Of a stretch of 64,000 nt of DNA, positions 29,134 to 44,545 are shown piece after piece. The stretch spans positions 12,152,001-12,216,000 of the forward strand of contig OX597832.1 in NCBI GenBank assembly GCA_951406725.2, in the 5' to 3' direction. Numbering within the stretch: position 1 is the first letter of the stretch; each line of letters opens with the position of its first letter. The stretch comes from Octopus vulgaris (taxonomy: Eukaryota). The notes beneath the pieces are model-generated. The model made no database searches. It worked only from the letters and a program-made list of their open reading frames with translations, and was not told where the DNA came from. The position numbers were made by a program, and so were the translations under genes.

Positions 29134-32100
29134 TATATCTAACAGGTTCGCATTACGTATGTCAATTCCGACAGATCATTGGATAATCAATCTACTGTCT
29201 TATGTTTTAACTAAGATTGAACCTAAAATAAAAACAAAACCCGAGTGCGCTATTTTACTAATTGACACAATTGCTTCTAGATTAATAGCTTGAGTGGTCG
29301 GAGTGCAACTGTCATATGTATATCGCCAACACCACTCTGTACTGACTATAGTGATTTACATATATATAATAAGAACCCCTATCTTAATCAGCTGCACGAT
29401 TTTAACATATAGTTTATATTTTGATTAGCTTTAATCGTATGTGTATAGGTTAACGAATGCTATATAAATTAATGTGTAGCAGCCAGACAACTTTATTAAC
29501 AAACTATATGATAAAGATCTCAATGATTCGCCAGTAATATATAGAACTAAACGGTAATAAAATAGAATTTTATATTATAAAATGCGTTTATTCAAAGACA
29601 TTCACTCAATTTATTAATTCACTATCATATATAATAGTAATGTAATTCAATCTCTCATTTTCCAACATTCTCTAATCTACTATTAACATAGTTAACTGGT
29701 CCATAAAACTGGTTTACGGAGCAGTAAGGATAAAAACTAGTGCCGAACCACCTTTATTTTTCTAACCTTCCGAGATAAGTAGGAGGAAGGCAGAAAGTTA
29801 CATTAAAACTGCTCTCCTGACCCGAATGCTTACAACAGAAATAGTTCCGTGAGAGTCAAGGCATTCAAATGACCATGGATTAAGTTTGACTACCACGGAA
29901 CCATCATGTTTCAAAAACGTTCTTTGTTTCATCCTTGAGAATATTTACATCAGGTGATTGCTAACTTTTGACCCTCTAGTCACTTAAAGACTTGAGGAAT
30001 GGATTTCAACGATGTTGAAACCATACTTTCTTTATGATATTCCACATAGAGCTGTACATTGTAAAATTGATGAATATATCCATATATCCAAAGTTGTATA
30101 AAAGCATTAATATTCATATGTATAGGAAGCATCCAGGCCTTTCAATCCAAGGATTTTACAAGTGAAAGCTGGCTGGCAATGAATATGATTATTAACATAA
30201 ATATTATACTTGACTTACACACACGTATTTGTGGCTTCTAATTGAAGTGGAATTCTTATAATAGAATTGCAAACAACATATTAATTTTCCCTCTACACTT
30301 CACAAGCTCGAATACATCGCTCTATATAGAGCGGCACAATTAAATTACAAGGAGATGGCTTGTCTAAACACATCAAGAATTGTTTGTTGCACTTGATATG
30401 CAAATCATGCCGTACTGAATTATCTTGCACACGTAAAGTACAGTGAACGGTATCCCCATGTCACATGTTTTGCCTCTTGTTCATTGATACCCAAATTATT
30501 CACCGAATTACCATCAAATTAATATTCAAAACTTCACAAGAATTATTGAATGAGTGACAAAATTAGCCGTCATCGATCCGTTTATACGTTTTTCAAAACT
30601 AAATCAATGCTAGAAAGTTCGATAAATATTCTCTTCGTTGGAATTAAAATAAATTTCATGTAATATATTTTTTTTTACTATGAATATGAAGTGTGTTAGG
30701 TATACTCATAATGCAGGCGAATGGAATTTCGATTTCTGTCCACTTTAAAAACCTGTCTCTTTTCATTATAAAGTACTGCATTTAAGCTCCTCCAAGTGAG
30801 GTCAAGTAATATGTCAATAATCTCTTTCCTAAATTAATTCAGTAATCCCCTTCTAACACTCGTCACTAATCCTCTATCACTTCCTCCTGGCTTGCTGTTA
30901 TAAAAAGTTCGCATGAAGTACCAACAGCCTGATAATATGAAAATCAATTTTACAAGCTAGCTTTTGAAATATAATTCTAAAATTAACTTTAGGAAGAATT
31001 ATACAGATTGTAAAAACTTTCTCGCTTTTCCCGTGACACATTAATCTCAACAGTGATAATATCTCACTTTAAGGGATATTTGATGAGCACAAATAAAGAA
31101 ATAAAGGAACAAGTAAAAGAAAAGAAAAGAAGAAAAATCTGTAATATCATATGATTTTCCTTCCTTCTGCAAAAGTTAAAATTGTCTCAGTTTATTTGGC
31201 AATCCTCTTGAGCTAAACAAGAATGTCTATTTTGGCTCGTTATTTCTTGGAGTGTTACACTATTGAAGCAGTCTTGTCTTCTTAAGTTAACTATGTTCTC
31301 TAGATAAATCAAATATTCAAATTCATTGCGATGATCAAAAATATCGATAATATTAGCATTTGAAGACCACTTGACTACGTGATTTAGTGGAACTGGTGAC
31401 TGACGTTTCATAGAGTGACAGGTTAAGGTCCTGGTGGCAATTTGCGGTTAGAAGGATTTCATCGCAATTACAATCATAATGCCCTTCAGAAAAGCATAAA
31501 GTTCTGAAAATCGATATCCATTATATCTGAAGCCAATAGAATTAATTACGCTATGGTGGATACTTAACGTAATTCAGGCGAAAGAGAGCAACATTTTTAT
31601 ACCTAACTTTGTTTTTGTATATTTAACTTCTGTTATTGTTTGTTTATCTATTAGGCTATATTGTGACGTGTGACATCTCTAATGCAATTAAACATGTAAG
31701 TTAAATGCAGATAGAATTTGATAATGTAATTTTCGTAATGATGATAACATCTTATCAGAGGGTGTACACAGTTTGTGTAGGTTTAAGAAATACTGCCAAG
31801 TATACATGCGAAATAAAACATGATTTCAAGTATGCCCATTTGATCGTCTTGTGATGAAAGAAATTGAGAGAGAGAAAAAACATCGCCAAAAGTGCCTGTT
31901 AAAAATTTTGGGAAAAATAGCTGAAGATCTAGATATATTATTAGAAGTGCAAGAAATTATTGCTGTATTGCAGCACTTAAACAGCACATCATTGCTTTAT
32001 ATATGACAATATATTGCTTAATTCTCAGGGAGTAACCCAGGTTGCATTGCTTCACATTTTCCAAGGACGAGTTATGTGCATCTCAGTGTTTTAGCCCAGC

Positions 32101-32197
32101 GAGGTTTGAATAGATGCAAGCATCTGTAGAGTAGAATCTATAGATTTAATAACCTAGAAAATCTAAATTTTTTTAAAATTATTAAATCAACTTTTAC

Positions 32198-32254
32198 CTC
32201 TCAATCGACAGCAACCTATATACAGACGTTGATCTCTCAAAACAAACCCATGTT
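32198..32254 (-). other. Candidate minus-strand exon
   Basis: Acceptor tttaatttttcgcag, donor AG|gtaaaa, 57 nt, two open frames. Confidence 0.25.
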
Positions 32255-32309
32255 CTGCGAAAAATTAAATAAAAATTTGTTTTTTTTCCTAGTGGTCGGT
32301 CATCATGTC

Positions 32310-32333
32310 CCTCTCTCTCTTTCTCTCTGAGTG

Positions 32334-32377
<44 letters not shown>
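32310..32377. repeat. (CT)n microsatellite
   Basis: Directly visible. Confidence 0.95.
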
Positions 32378-32380
<3 letters not shown>

Positions 32381-33619
32381 AATTTCATATTGGCATTGCT
32401 TTATTGTTAAAGAAATTGAAACTTATTAAAATTAAAACAATCTAAAATTAATACAAAACACACAGTCATTGAACACTAAAAGTATTTTTGAGGAAATTTT
32501 GTCTCTTTTTAGGGTTTCTACAGGAAAATTACATTTCTCACTTTCGTAATGTATTTATATTCCGAAATGACAGAATGAATATAAATGAGGTGGTGACCCA
32601 ATATCACCAATCTGAAGTTAAACGAAGTCATATTTGGAAGATTTGGGGGCAAAACAGTTTGATTCAGATACTGACGAAATATTGGTATAATAACACGTTA
32701 AACATTGAACTGTAGCTTGCACTAGTGCAGAGTGGATGTGCTATACGAGGACCATCTTACATAATCGATCAACAAAGGCACATAGAACTGAAGAATATAG
32801 ACGATAGGTAAATAGTGATAAAAAGGACTACTTTTTATCTCCCACATCACTACACTTCTCTCCTTCTCCTTCTCTCCCACTCTTCTAACATTCTCCCCAC
32901 CCTATCTCTTTCTCTCTCTCTCTCTCTCCCTTGTTGAAATGGTACCCAAACTAATTTACAATTTAGTGAAATTCATTTTGAAAAATATACATGTAACATA
33001 TTTATGCATTCATATCAATCAAACTACAGTACGTGCATCAATGTTGGTAATCACCACTGTAAAACTATTTCCTGCATAATCCTTTTTATTATTTCTATTG
33101 GATCCTATAGGCAACGAATGTGTGAAATAGCGGTTAGTCACCGTGGGATCAACTTTCATTATAATGGATATAAGTGATAATTTTTCTGAATGGAACATTG
33201 CAGACTAGCAGCACTCTAACATATCTAGAATACATGCTAATATTAATTTTAAGATTGTTTCGTTTATTATGTAATATGCTTTGACGATTACAGAAAATCC
33301 AAACTCTATCAAACAGAAGACTATACCATTTAATCATAGCAGCTTGTAGCAGGGAATAAAATGTTTGAATTTGTGACTCTCTACACTTGTTGCATAAATT
33401 GCTTCACTCTGCTTAATACAATAAATCCTACAAAAGAAAATTCTCATACAGCTTATGATGGTTTCATATTCCAATTTGACATACATATAGTCATCAATGG
33501 TGTTTTCAAGGCGAATAACTTCAAATCAGTATAAATCTGGCATATTGTAGACAGGAGAAGAATATAACAGATCCTGTTTCCATATTACAACATACAGATT
33601 CGATTATATAAATGAAAAA

Positions 33620-33904
33620 GGTTGCCAATTCGATTCGCTGCAGCGTATTGTGTCCTTGAGCAAGACACTTTATTTCACATTGTTACAATTCACTCAGCAA
33701 GCGAAAATGAATAGTGCATGTATTTCAAACGGCCAGCCTTTTCACATTCTGTATTACGCTGAATCTCTCCCAGAACTACGTTAAATTTACGCGTGTCTCC
33801 GTGTCTCTGCAGTGCTCAGCCTCATTCACGTTAATTTCACGAGCAGGATGATGCGTTGAACGGAAGAATTGGAACCATCGTCGTCGTAAGCGAAATAGTG
33901 CCAG
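33620..33904 (+). mobile_element. tRNA-derived SINE, body B + tail 1 (5'-degenerate)
   Basis: tgtgtccttgagcaagacactttatttcac followed by acgctgaatctctcccagaactacgtta...gttaatttcacgagcagg. Confidence 0.88.
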
Positions 33905-34194
33905 TTTGTGTGTGTGTGTGTGTGTGTATACATATTAAATAAGATGGAAGACACGAACAATAGTTTGTGTCATTAGTGTATTAATACTTTAAACAAGTTT
34001 TACGACACTGATTGCAAGATCTTGTAACAACTAGATATTAATCCCAACTATTCTTACAATGGTATTAATAGTTTCGCGATGGTACAAACTTTATAATATG
34101 TTTGATGAAACCAGATTATATAAATTATAATTAATCTCACAGATAATATGTTCCCGTTTGAAATGTGTTCGAGACGATTTCAGTTTGTATGTAC

Positions 34195-34207
34195 GCATAC
34201 ATGTATG

Positions 34208-34252
<45 letters not shown>

Positions 34253-34468
34253 TGTATATATATATATATATACATGTATGCATGTATATATATATATATA
34301 CATGTATGCATGTATATATATATATATATACATGTATGCATGTATATATATATATATGTATGTATAATATACATTCACACATACATATATAGGACATATA
34401 TATATATATGTATGTATGTATGTATGTATAATATACATTCACACATACATATATAGGACATATATATA

Positions 34469-34501
<33 letters not shown>

Positions 34502-34555
34502 AATATACATTCACACATACATATATAGGACATACATATATATATGTATGTATGT
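34195..34555. repeat. Higher-order TA-based minisatellite
   Basis: catgtatgcatg(ta)n repeated, then gtataatatacattcacacatacatatataggaca(ta)n three times. Confidence 0.92.
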
Positions 34556-35419
34556 TTTGTTTGTATGAATATATAAACACATACACTTACTTGCATAAAT
34601 GTTTATATATTATAGCACAATCTGTGTCACACTCACAAATGCACACGTACACATGCACATACATACACAAACACATACACACACATGTGTGTGTGTCGGT
34701 GTTTTTGGGTATTCATATTAATGCGTAATGTTATAGAACATCAATTTTCCAATTGATATCTTACAACATGCAAGCGAATTCATTAAATCTATGGAGACTT
34801 TGAAGCTTATTTGCTGTTTTATTACTGTAATATGAATGAATTATGGATAATGAATATAAATTAATTAAATATTCAATTACATCTCTGTAGGACTCTTAAT
34901 TATGGGAATATGAAATGTAATGATATTTTTCTTACTGAATGCATACCATAATTACGGAATGAAATATAACAAATAACGTTTGGTTGGGAGAATTGAAATG
35001 TATCACAGGAATTCCGTATCCATGCACAGTGTCTAAGACGTACGCATGCACATATAAACGTATGCACCTAGATGCGTACACATAAAAAGAGTAATATATA
35101 TATATATATACAGAAACACAGGAAAAAGATGGATATATATGTATACATTAGATAGCTATCCATGAACGCAAACATATATATGTGTGTGAGTGTGTTTGCG
35201 TGCGTGTGTTAGGGGGAGAGATAATTAAGGAGTCGGAGAAAATGTGAGGTGAAAACGAATATATAATCATACATATGCACACATTCGATTAATTTCGAGT
35301 GTGTGTATATATATATATATATACACACATGTACATATATGCATATATGTGTTATATATTATATTATAATTATATGATATATTTTATATATATATGTATA
35401 TATTATTTATATATATATA

Positions 35420-35457
<38 letters not shown>

Positions 35458-36660
35458 TATATTATATATGTTGTATATATATATATGTATATATATTATT
35501 ATATATATATACAATTAATATATATATATATATATATATATATTTATTTATTTATTTTTATATATACGCATACACGCACAAAAGTGTATACTTACTACTT
35601 CATTAGAAGCTGCCATGTCTTGTTAGCGAATACTTTGCTTTCGTTAGTCATATTTGATGCCTTCGTAGAGGTGAGATTTCGACATCCTTTCACATTTCCC
35701 ATCATTGCCTCAGCGGAACAGGGGTCATTTGACATGCAGAGTTATGCGAAACTACAGCTCCATTCAGCTTGTAGCGATTATCAAAACGTGTGGCATCCCG
35801 AAGGTAGTGACAATATTCTGCCCAAATAAGGCATTGAAACTCCTGGCATTGTGATCGTGAATCTAATACTCTAAACCCTGGTTATTACACGATTACAAGA
35901 GGTCCAGCCATCGCATTCCAAACAGAATATATCTGTAAGAAGTACCACGATTTTGCTTATCGATTTCTTTCAAACTGCTACGATTCATGCTTTAGAAACA
36001 CACACATTTTTCGTCACAAGACTCCAAATATTTCAGATTTCACACATAAGTTCAGAAGATTTCCGAGAGAAAAATTTAATGCTTTTTTATAATTCGGCTC
36101 TGTAACCAGTGACCATAGAGAAGATAATATGAACAGATCTCCGGTTGGCGCCATGAAAATGAGAGTTGCTTGCAAATACAGTTTGTAATTGTTAGGCCAT
36201 AATGTAAGGAAACAGATGCATGTCATAACACACGGTTGCTTTAAGATCAAGTATCACATATTATGAAGCAATTAATTTAAAAGCCCGGTGCAATAGCTTA
36301 TTCAAATTCTGTACACAAATGTTATTAATGGATGCCAATAAAGTAAGAGGTTCAATGTCTTATAATCGATCACGTTTTGCCGTTCATATACAAAATAGAA
36401 ACTCATTCATGTAAGGAGGAAGGAAAATTCTAAGAAATATTTTGTTCTGTATTTCTTTTATTTAATCAGAGAGGGCTGTTGGATATACGGTCCACATGTT
36501 AACTTAAATAGATGTACTTTCGAATACACAAACGAGCCATTTGTGCTCGAAAATAGGACGTATAAGTCTACATATATATGTATATATATAAAAATTTGTA
36601 TATATATATGTGTGTGTGCGTGTGTGTGCATGTGTGTGTACGCATATGTATGTACGTGTA

Positions 36661-36700
<40 letters not shown>

Positions 36701-37059
36701 TGTGTGTGTCTGTCTATGTGGTTGGTGGGGTTATATGTCCACGTATCTTCATTAGCCTAGTGTCTCCAACTGATGAAGTCTGTGGTTGAAGGAGTCTAAA
36801 CTTAATTGGCTGAAGAATGTTTCGCTGTGGGAGGGGAATAAAATTTTACATGGCTTTAACATATATTTTACTGGGAAACAGGAAAACACCATGAGTATAA
36901 AAGTAAAGGAGAAGCCTTCCCTTTTTTTCAGCCCAATAACTACATCATTTTCCCCGGACTTGCTTCGTACTCTGCATTTTAGAATAATAATTATATCCGA
37001 TATGAAGGTTTCTGAGTACTTTTCGCCAGAATTAGCTCTTATATGCATTAAAGCACGTT

Positions 37060-37114
<55 letters not shown>

Positions 37115-37206
37115 GTATATGAAATAACACATAATCAAGATATAGTTGTACCCGAATGACTGACATGAAACGAACAGCACTGAACCAAATATATAATGAG
37201 CATGTT

Positions 37207-37255
<49 letters not shown>

Positions 37256-37509
37256 ATGTGTGTGTATATGTGTGCGTGTGTGTGTATGTGTGGGTGAGTG
37301 TGTGTGTGTGTGTATGTGTGTGTGTGTGTATGTGTGGGTGAGTGTGTGTGTGTGTATGTGTGGGTGAGTGTGTATGTGTGTGCATGTACGTATGCATTTG
37401 CATATGTGTGCCTCTGAGTGCATAAACTATTAGGAGGTTAGAAATATGTTCATAATTCTGCTTCTGTATTTTATATATACGTTTTTACATATAGCTATTG
37501 CACAAGTAC

Positions 37510-37546
<37 letters not shown>

Positions 37547-38255
37547 GCAACAACATCAACGGCAACAACATTAACCATAACAACAACAATATAAGCCGTT
37601 CTTTTGATGTAAGATTGATGGTAAAGTTGCTTCGGTACATTTATGGAATTTCACCATATTTTTGTTTCAGGTATTTTATTCTTGATTTCCAATTGTTTAT
37701 GTACTGAAAAAATATTTCCTCTAGCTTCGTACATTATAATACTAACATGATGCTTCTTTATCTGCTTTTAGTTTTTGTTATTGTTATTTTCTGTCTTCAG
37801 TAATTTCCTGTGTTCTGGGTATGAATCTATCTCCCTCATTCCGTTCCCTCAACCTTTCTTCTCAGTATCTCGAAAAATAATCCATGCGAACACGGGCACA
37901 CAATCTCATTCACACACGAATAAAACGAACAAGTGTACAAGACTATATATATATATATATATATATCTTATGCATATATATATGTATACATATATTTATA
38001 TATATAGGTATACATATATATATATATATATATATCCTATGCATATATATATGTATACATATATTTATATATATAGGTATACATATATATATATATATAT
38101 ATACACATACATATATGTGTATATGTATATTTATATATGTACTTATATATATATATATATATGGGTTATTATCCTCAGTACACACATATATATCAACATA
38201 CGTACACACGAACATATATTTATAATATTTGCATATATGCATACATACATATATA

Positions 38256-38301
<46 letters not shown>

Positions 38302-39500
38302 GCGCTCATATGTGCGTGCCAGCCTTTTTACTTTTTCAACATACAAACCATTACATTTTTAATTATTTACAACACTAAAAAACGGAGAAAAATCTTTAAA
38401 TTCAGTGACATGCGTTCACGAACCCATATTGATGAATATATGCATTCACAAAGTAAATCACGGAACATTAAAGGCAAACACGCAGGTCATTGTATACCTA
38501 GGTGCGAGAGTGTGGAAAAGAGAAAATCTATAAAATAATTACTTACACCATCCTCCTTTCCAGTATTGCTGGCTATAATGAGTTGCAATTTCAATTCTCT
38601 ATCTCCTGTGTTTGGTCTCGGAATATATCTATCTATCTATCTATCTGTTTCCATTTCTCTGTCTCTCCCTATATATGTATAGGGAGAAATGGAGAGATGG
38701 AGGTAGATAAATAGATAGATACGTTCCGATATCAAACGCCAAAAATGTACTTATGTACGTGTGTATGTATGTTCAGGTGTGCATATCTATATGTATGTAT
38801 GCATGCATGTATGTATATATGTATATGTATGCATGTATGTGCGTATGTATATAACATTCAGAAAAGTATACTTATGTGATTGCGTCTTCTTTTTTCTTCA
38901 CATTTATTGTGTCTTTCTTCTTTGTAAGTCCTTTTCCACGAATGATATTTCTATATTTACTCTGTTTTTATTACAACACTGTTTTTAGTAAAAGTTTACA
39001 AAGTACTATTTATATTTTTTCTTAAATTTGCATTAAGAAGCAACACTAAAGAATCACGAAATCATGGAGTACAGGTGTGAGGTATTGAGATAAAAAAACA
39101 AAAAAAACCCCGAAGATTTTCAATACCTCGCAAATTAGAAGAGCTTCCCGATGCATTTAGCTGCAAAACCTATAAAGACATCTTTTCTGAGAACTTATGA
39201 ATCTTCTCGCTCTATTTGAATTTATATGTGTTAGAGAGGATTTTGAAATGCACAGCTAAATACATAAACTGATGACTGTGTTGGTATAGGTCACTTAATA
39301 TAGGGAAATTTAACCCAGCAACAATATAAGGGGCTCTCTTGATCTAATTTGTTTTCGCCCTACCATAGACAGGGCATATGTGTAGTAAGACTGTATATAT
39401 GATACAGCGACGTGCAAGAAGTTATGCAAATGAAATTTCCCCAGGATTTGCACAGACGCACCCATACGCACACACACATATATATAAAAATGTATATATA

Positions 39501-39820
39501 TTTATTTATTTATTTATTTATGCGCTCTTTTCAAGCCTAGCCAGGCTCGTAGGCCCGGTTTCCCGGTTTCTAAGGCGTATGTGTTCCCCCCAGCTGAACG
39601 GGACGCCAGTCCATCGCAGCGTTACTCAAGAAACAGAAAGAAAGAGTGAGAGAAAGTTGGGGCAAAAGAGTACAACAGGGGTCACCAGCACCTCCTGCCG
39701 GAGCCTCGTGGAGCTTTTCGGCGTTTTCGCTCAATAAACACAACGCACAGTCTGGGAATCGAAACCGCGATCCTCCGACCGCGAGTCCGCTGCTCTTACC
39801 ACTGGGTCATTGCGCCTCCA
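39501..39820 (-). mobile_element. tRNA-derived SINE, body A + tail 2
   Basis: Head and body match 26074; tail tgcgatggactggcgtcccg...gaaaccgggaaaccgg shared with 48265; ends in (TAAA)n on the minus strand. Confidence 0.93.
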
Positions 39821-39851
<31 letters not shown>

Positions 39852-40194
39852 CTCTCTCTCTATATATATACAAGCATATATGTGTATGTATATATAATGT
39901 ATATATATATATGGATACGTACATATACATGCATATTGACATATGCGTTTATTTGAGAGTTTGGGAAGAGGAAAAAGAAAAAAGGAAAATAATAATAACA
40001 TGGAGTGCAATGGGAAAGATAATGTCGGAGATACTTAGTATGAGATCAATAGAACATGATAAGTCAAAGGTGATATTGCAAAAACAACATAGTGGCCATG
40101 AAAAAGAATATCACTTTGACGTCGTAAAGGGTTATCAGCGGATTTTGAGACTGAAATATGCCAGAAGAGAAGCAGGCACGTACATAGGCATACC

Positions 40195-40201
40195 ACACAC
40201 A

Positions 40202-40285
<84 letters not shown>
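40195..40285. repeat. (CA)n microsatellite
   Basis: Directly visible. Confidence 0.97.
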
Positions 40286-40288
<3 letters not shown>

Positions 40289-40495
40289 ATGCCTGTATGT
40301 ATGTGTTATTTTTTTATGATACCATTTTCTATAACTTCAGAAGTATAACTCTTTTGAATGCTAGATGTAGACAATGGTTAAACTAGCCTCAGATTAGGCG
40401 GTGTCAACAGTTACACGTACCACTCCTTCAATTTGTGAACATACCTTAATTTGAGGTATAAATTCCAGCATGCTCTTTTCGAAATTTATATTAAA

Positions 40496-41008
40496 CTAGC
40501 AGTATCGCCCGGCGTTGCTCGGGTTTGTAAGGGAAATAACTATATAAGCATTTTTAGAGAGTTACTTCCCTTATAGATGCCAAGTTGGGCTTTCTTAGCC
40601 ATTTCTGTTTTGGTGTCTTCAAGCCATGAAGTCGCTGTTCTAAAAGAACGCTGGTCTCCTTGACAACGCTTTACGACGTTGATTTCCTTACACTCCCTTC
40701 CCCACAGTTTCACGAGGGAGGGAAGAAGGGGGAGAAGCAAACAGGTGCAGATGTGACCATGGACGCCAACTCCGCCGCCATCGACACACAAAAAATTATG
40801 CATTAAAATGGAATAAAAAAGGATGTTAAATTATTTTTAAAATCGTAGACTCCTCGTAGACGCGCGCTAGTACCCAGACGAGCTCGATATGAATCACGAC
40901 TATAAGATACCCGAATTTGGTTAAACTGCACCGCAAAATGTGGGAGTAGTTAGGAATCTAAATCGAAGGGGACAGACACTCACACAACTACAGTTTAATA
41001 TATATAGA
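40496..41008 (-). mobile_element. Non-autonomous Helitron (513 bp)
   Basis: Minus strand: 5' A|TCTATATATA..., 3' GC-rich hairpin cccgagcaacgccggg then CTAG|T; inserted in an AT dinucleotide; homologous to 47708-48010. Confidence 0.9.
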
Positions 41009-41354
41009 TTTAAGACAGGAACGCGCGTGAAAAAGCGATATAATATACATGCGTATAGTTTTGTTAGCTGAGTAAACAGATGACCTCTGCTAAATTGAAT
41101 CAGCGGGACACTTTCGGCTTCTATTGTTGAGGCAAGTAACAGAAAGAAAGATATAAGACAGTACAAATGCTTTTGTCTATCGATCTGCCTCATCCTTTAT
41201 TTGTAAGCTTAAGTGGAATTCTCATATTCGGTGATGGTGGTGTGGCTTATAGTCGATAATGTAAATTCGTGTACAGCACTGGTAGTAATTGCACAATCCT
41301 TGAAGGCATGAAATGCTACTTGACCACAGCTCATTCTGAAATCAAAATGTAATA

Positions 41355-41395
41355 TACTTGTATATATATATATATATATATAGATATATATATAC

Positions 41396-41428
<33 letters not shown>

Positions 41429-41522
41429 TAAATGTGTATATATATATATATACACGTATATATGTGTATGTATGTATATATGTGTATATATATGTATATA
41501 TATGTATATATAGACACGTATA

Positions 41523-41564
<42 letters not shown>

Positions 41565-41739
41565 TGTATATATATATATATATGCACATATATATATATA
41601 TATATATATGCATATATATATATATATATATGCACATGTATATATATATATACATATGTATATATACACATATATATATACGTGTATATCCTTCTCCTTC
41701 TTATTATTATTATCATCATCATCATTATTATTATTATTG

Positions 41740-41793
<54 letters not shown>

Positions 41794-41795
41794 GC
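41355..41795. repeat. Compound (TA)n/(TATG)n then (TTA)n/(TCA)n microsatellite
   Basis: Directly visible. Confidence 0.95.
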
Positions 41796-42949
41796 TACGG
41801 TGGTATTGCAACGTCAACAATACCGTACATTAAGTAGAGAGAGTGAAAATAGGAAGAGAAAAATAAAGAAAAAAACTACAGTATGAGAGATAACCTGGCA
41901 ACATAATATCTGATATTCTTGGTTAGTAACATACTGCAGGAGGAATGAAGTTTCTCGTGAATCTATAAAATTAAGCTGAAATTCAAATCATCAATATTGT
42001 CCATGTCGGTATATTTGAGAAGAGGGACACCAAGAAAAAGAGGGATTATATAGTGATTATACACGAGCGCCTGCACTAATGCCAAAGACTTGATTTCCTA
42101 TTCAAGCCTTCGAAATGCTTCACGAAGCAACAATATTGAAATAAGATTGACTGAAAGTGAATGTATGAAAATGAAGGCCATATTGACCTTCGGCAACGAA
42201 AAGAAAAGAAAAACTTATTCACAAAGACAGAACGAGAACTAGTTGCGCAAAGCTGTTATAAATCTTATTCACTAGATACGAGGAGATTGAGTGCGTTAGC
42301 TTTTATTATTGCAATTTATACATTGTACGTTCAAATCGGTAACAAATATTGTGTTGCATCTTCGTGTGACATTTTTCTCCTTTGCATCATTTCAGATACT
42401 CGCTTGGAACTATGCAGTAAATCTGTTAGATACATTTCGTATGTTTAACTTCCGCCCTAAGCATCAGAGCATTATTGCTACACGCTAAAATCCTATTGGT
42501 GGTCAAGTTAAATTTTTACTTTACACATCTGTGGATTTAGTATAGCTGGAAAAGAATTTACCTATGATATATTTGGCAGAGGATTGCAAAATCGGTAAAA
42601 AAAAAAAAAAACTGGAATGTTCTTCACAAGGTTTTTTGGCTCTTGCTGTCTTTCAGGTCTGAATGAACCTTACAAACGATTTCTTTTCTTCGAAGGTGTT
42701 GATTAGCCACCAGTTTTTATGTAGCCCATTGCAACCATTCATGCTCATTACAGAGCCCCTAAGAGATCACTCGACAGAAATAGCAAATCTACCAACAACC
42801 TCATCGTTAACTAATAACTTAAAATCTAGAAGCAAATAGATACATGTTTTGGATAATATATGTTCAAGTATAAAATACTTTGGGCCATAGCTCTCAGTCA
42901 AGAATAATGTCATAGGAGATACCGACATCTTACTACGCAGAGGCTCTAT

Positions 42950-42964
42950 TTATCTATCCATCTG

Positions 42965-43039
<75 letters not shown>

Positions 43040-43072
43040 CTCTATCTCTCTCTCTATCTATCTATCTCTCTA

Positions 43073-43133
<61 letters not shown>

Positions 43134-43285
43134 ATATCTATCTATCTATCTACCTACCTATCTGTCCGTCCGTCCATCCGTCCGCCTGTCTGCCTGTCTG
43201 TCTGTTTGTCTGTCTGTCAACCTATCTTAGTTCGTTGGTTTGTTTGTTTCTGTGTTTGTTTCTATCAACCTATCTGTCTGTCTAA
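42950..43285. repeat. Compound tetranucleotide microsatellite (TATC, TACC, TCCG, TCTG, TTTG)
   Basis: Directly visible ordered blocks. Confidence 0.95.
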
Positions 43286-43332
43286 CAGTCTCTGTATATG
43301 TTGATACATAAATGTATGTGTGCGTGTGTATG

Positions 43333-43672
43333 AGGACACCCCTGTGGTCATGAATAATCATGGGATTGAACCTAGAAAGTTAGCCTCCGAAGCACAAGTC
43401 CGGGCAAGGTTGTTTGTGGAAGGCCAGTAGTCGCCCATGAATCCCAGCCTCCACTCTCCACACCACTGATGTTATCCAAGAGAAAGGCAAAGGGGCTGAT
43501 ACACCCTGGCACCAGTGATGTCGCAACTCATTTCTACAGCTGACTTAACTGGAGCAACGAGAAATAAAGTATCTTGCTCAAGAACCTAACACTCAGCTCG
43601 GTCCGGGAATCGAACTCACAAACTCATGATCGTAAACTCGGCGCTCTAACCACAGGAGCCATGCGCCTTCAC
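43333..43672 (-). mobile_element. tRNA-derived SINE, body B + tail 4
   Basis: Minus-strand head gaaggcgcatggctcctgtggttagagcg...gagttcgattcccggacc; body ttcttgagcaagatactttatttctcgttgctccagt; tail unique in this window. Confidence 0.9.
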
Positions 43673-43852
43673 CGTGCATATATATATATACACACACGTG
43701 TGTGTGTGTTTATATACGTAACTCCATCCATCTGTCTATGTAGGTATTTTTACGGCCAACTATATTGGTCATTCTCCTATTTCATAATTCAGCCACATCC
43801 CTGCTGTATACTCTCTGGGGCTTATCTTTTCAAGTATTTGGTTCTATCAGAA

Positions 43853-43914
<62 letters not shown>

Positions 43915-43919
<5 letters not shown>

Positions 43920-44096
43920 CTTTACTACCCACAAGGGGCTAAACACAGAGGGGACAAACAAGGACAGACAAACGGATTAAGTCGATTACATCGACCCCAG
44001 TGCGTAACTGGTACTTAATTTATCGACCCCGAAAGGATGAAAGGCAAAGTCGACCTCGGCGGAATTTGAACCCAGAACGCAACGGCAGACGAAATA
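43915..44096 (-). mobile_element. SINE group C, truncated monomer flanked by (TA)n
   Basis: Starts at tatttcgtctgccg, the same breakpoint as the second monomers of the dimers. Confidence 0.92.
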
Positions 44097-44492
44097 TATA
44101 TATATGTGTGTGTGTGTGTGTGTACATATGAGCGGATGTATGTTACCAGAAATGTTTAACATGTTGCTAAGAAAATAAGATAATATGAACATGCGTGTTT
44201 ACATCTATAAAATGTAAATGCTGCTGAGAAATTGAATGGGAATGGATAAAACTGGATTCGAATAAGTGAGAATTGACTACTGCACCATGACACCTCGAGC
44301 ACTATCTCAAGCACAAGAAGAAACCAGGAAAAAAATATCCAACAATAATAATAATAATAATATAAAATCAATAATAGGAGATCGTGATTTGTATTCGCAG
44401 TTCGAGAGGAAAGCTGTCGAATTTTCTTAAACCACGTAAAATTTAATTAAAACAAAAGCTTTTATTTGTTTTATTTGTTTTAGATATATGTG

Positions 44493-44545
<53 letters not shown>

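Noticed and set aside
34195-34555. Repeat-spacer-like arrays suggestive of CRISPR (also 15187 and 54075)
   Set aside because: The spacers are only (TA)n or absent, there are no cas genes, and the context is eukaryotic.
42656-42694. Strong acceptor followed by a 39-nt open frame
   Set aside because: The donor (gtgttg) is poor and there is no other support.
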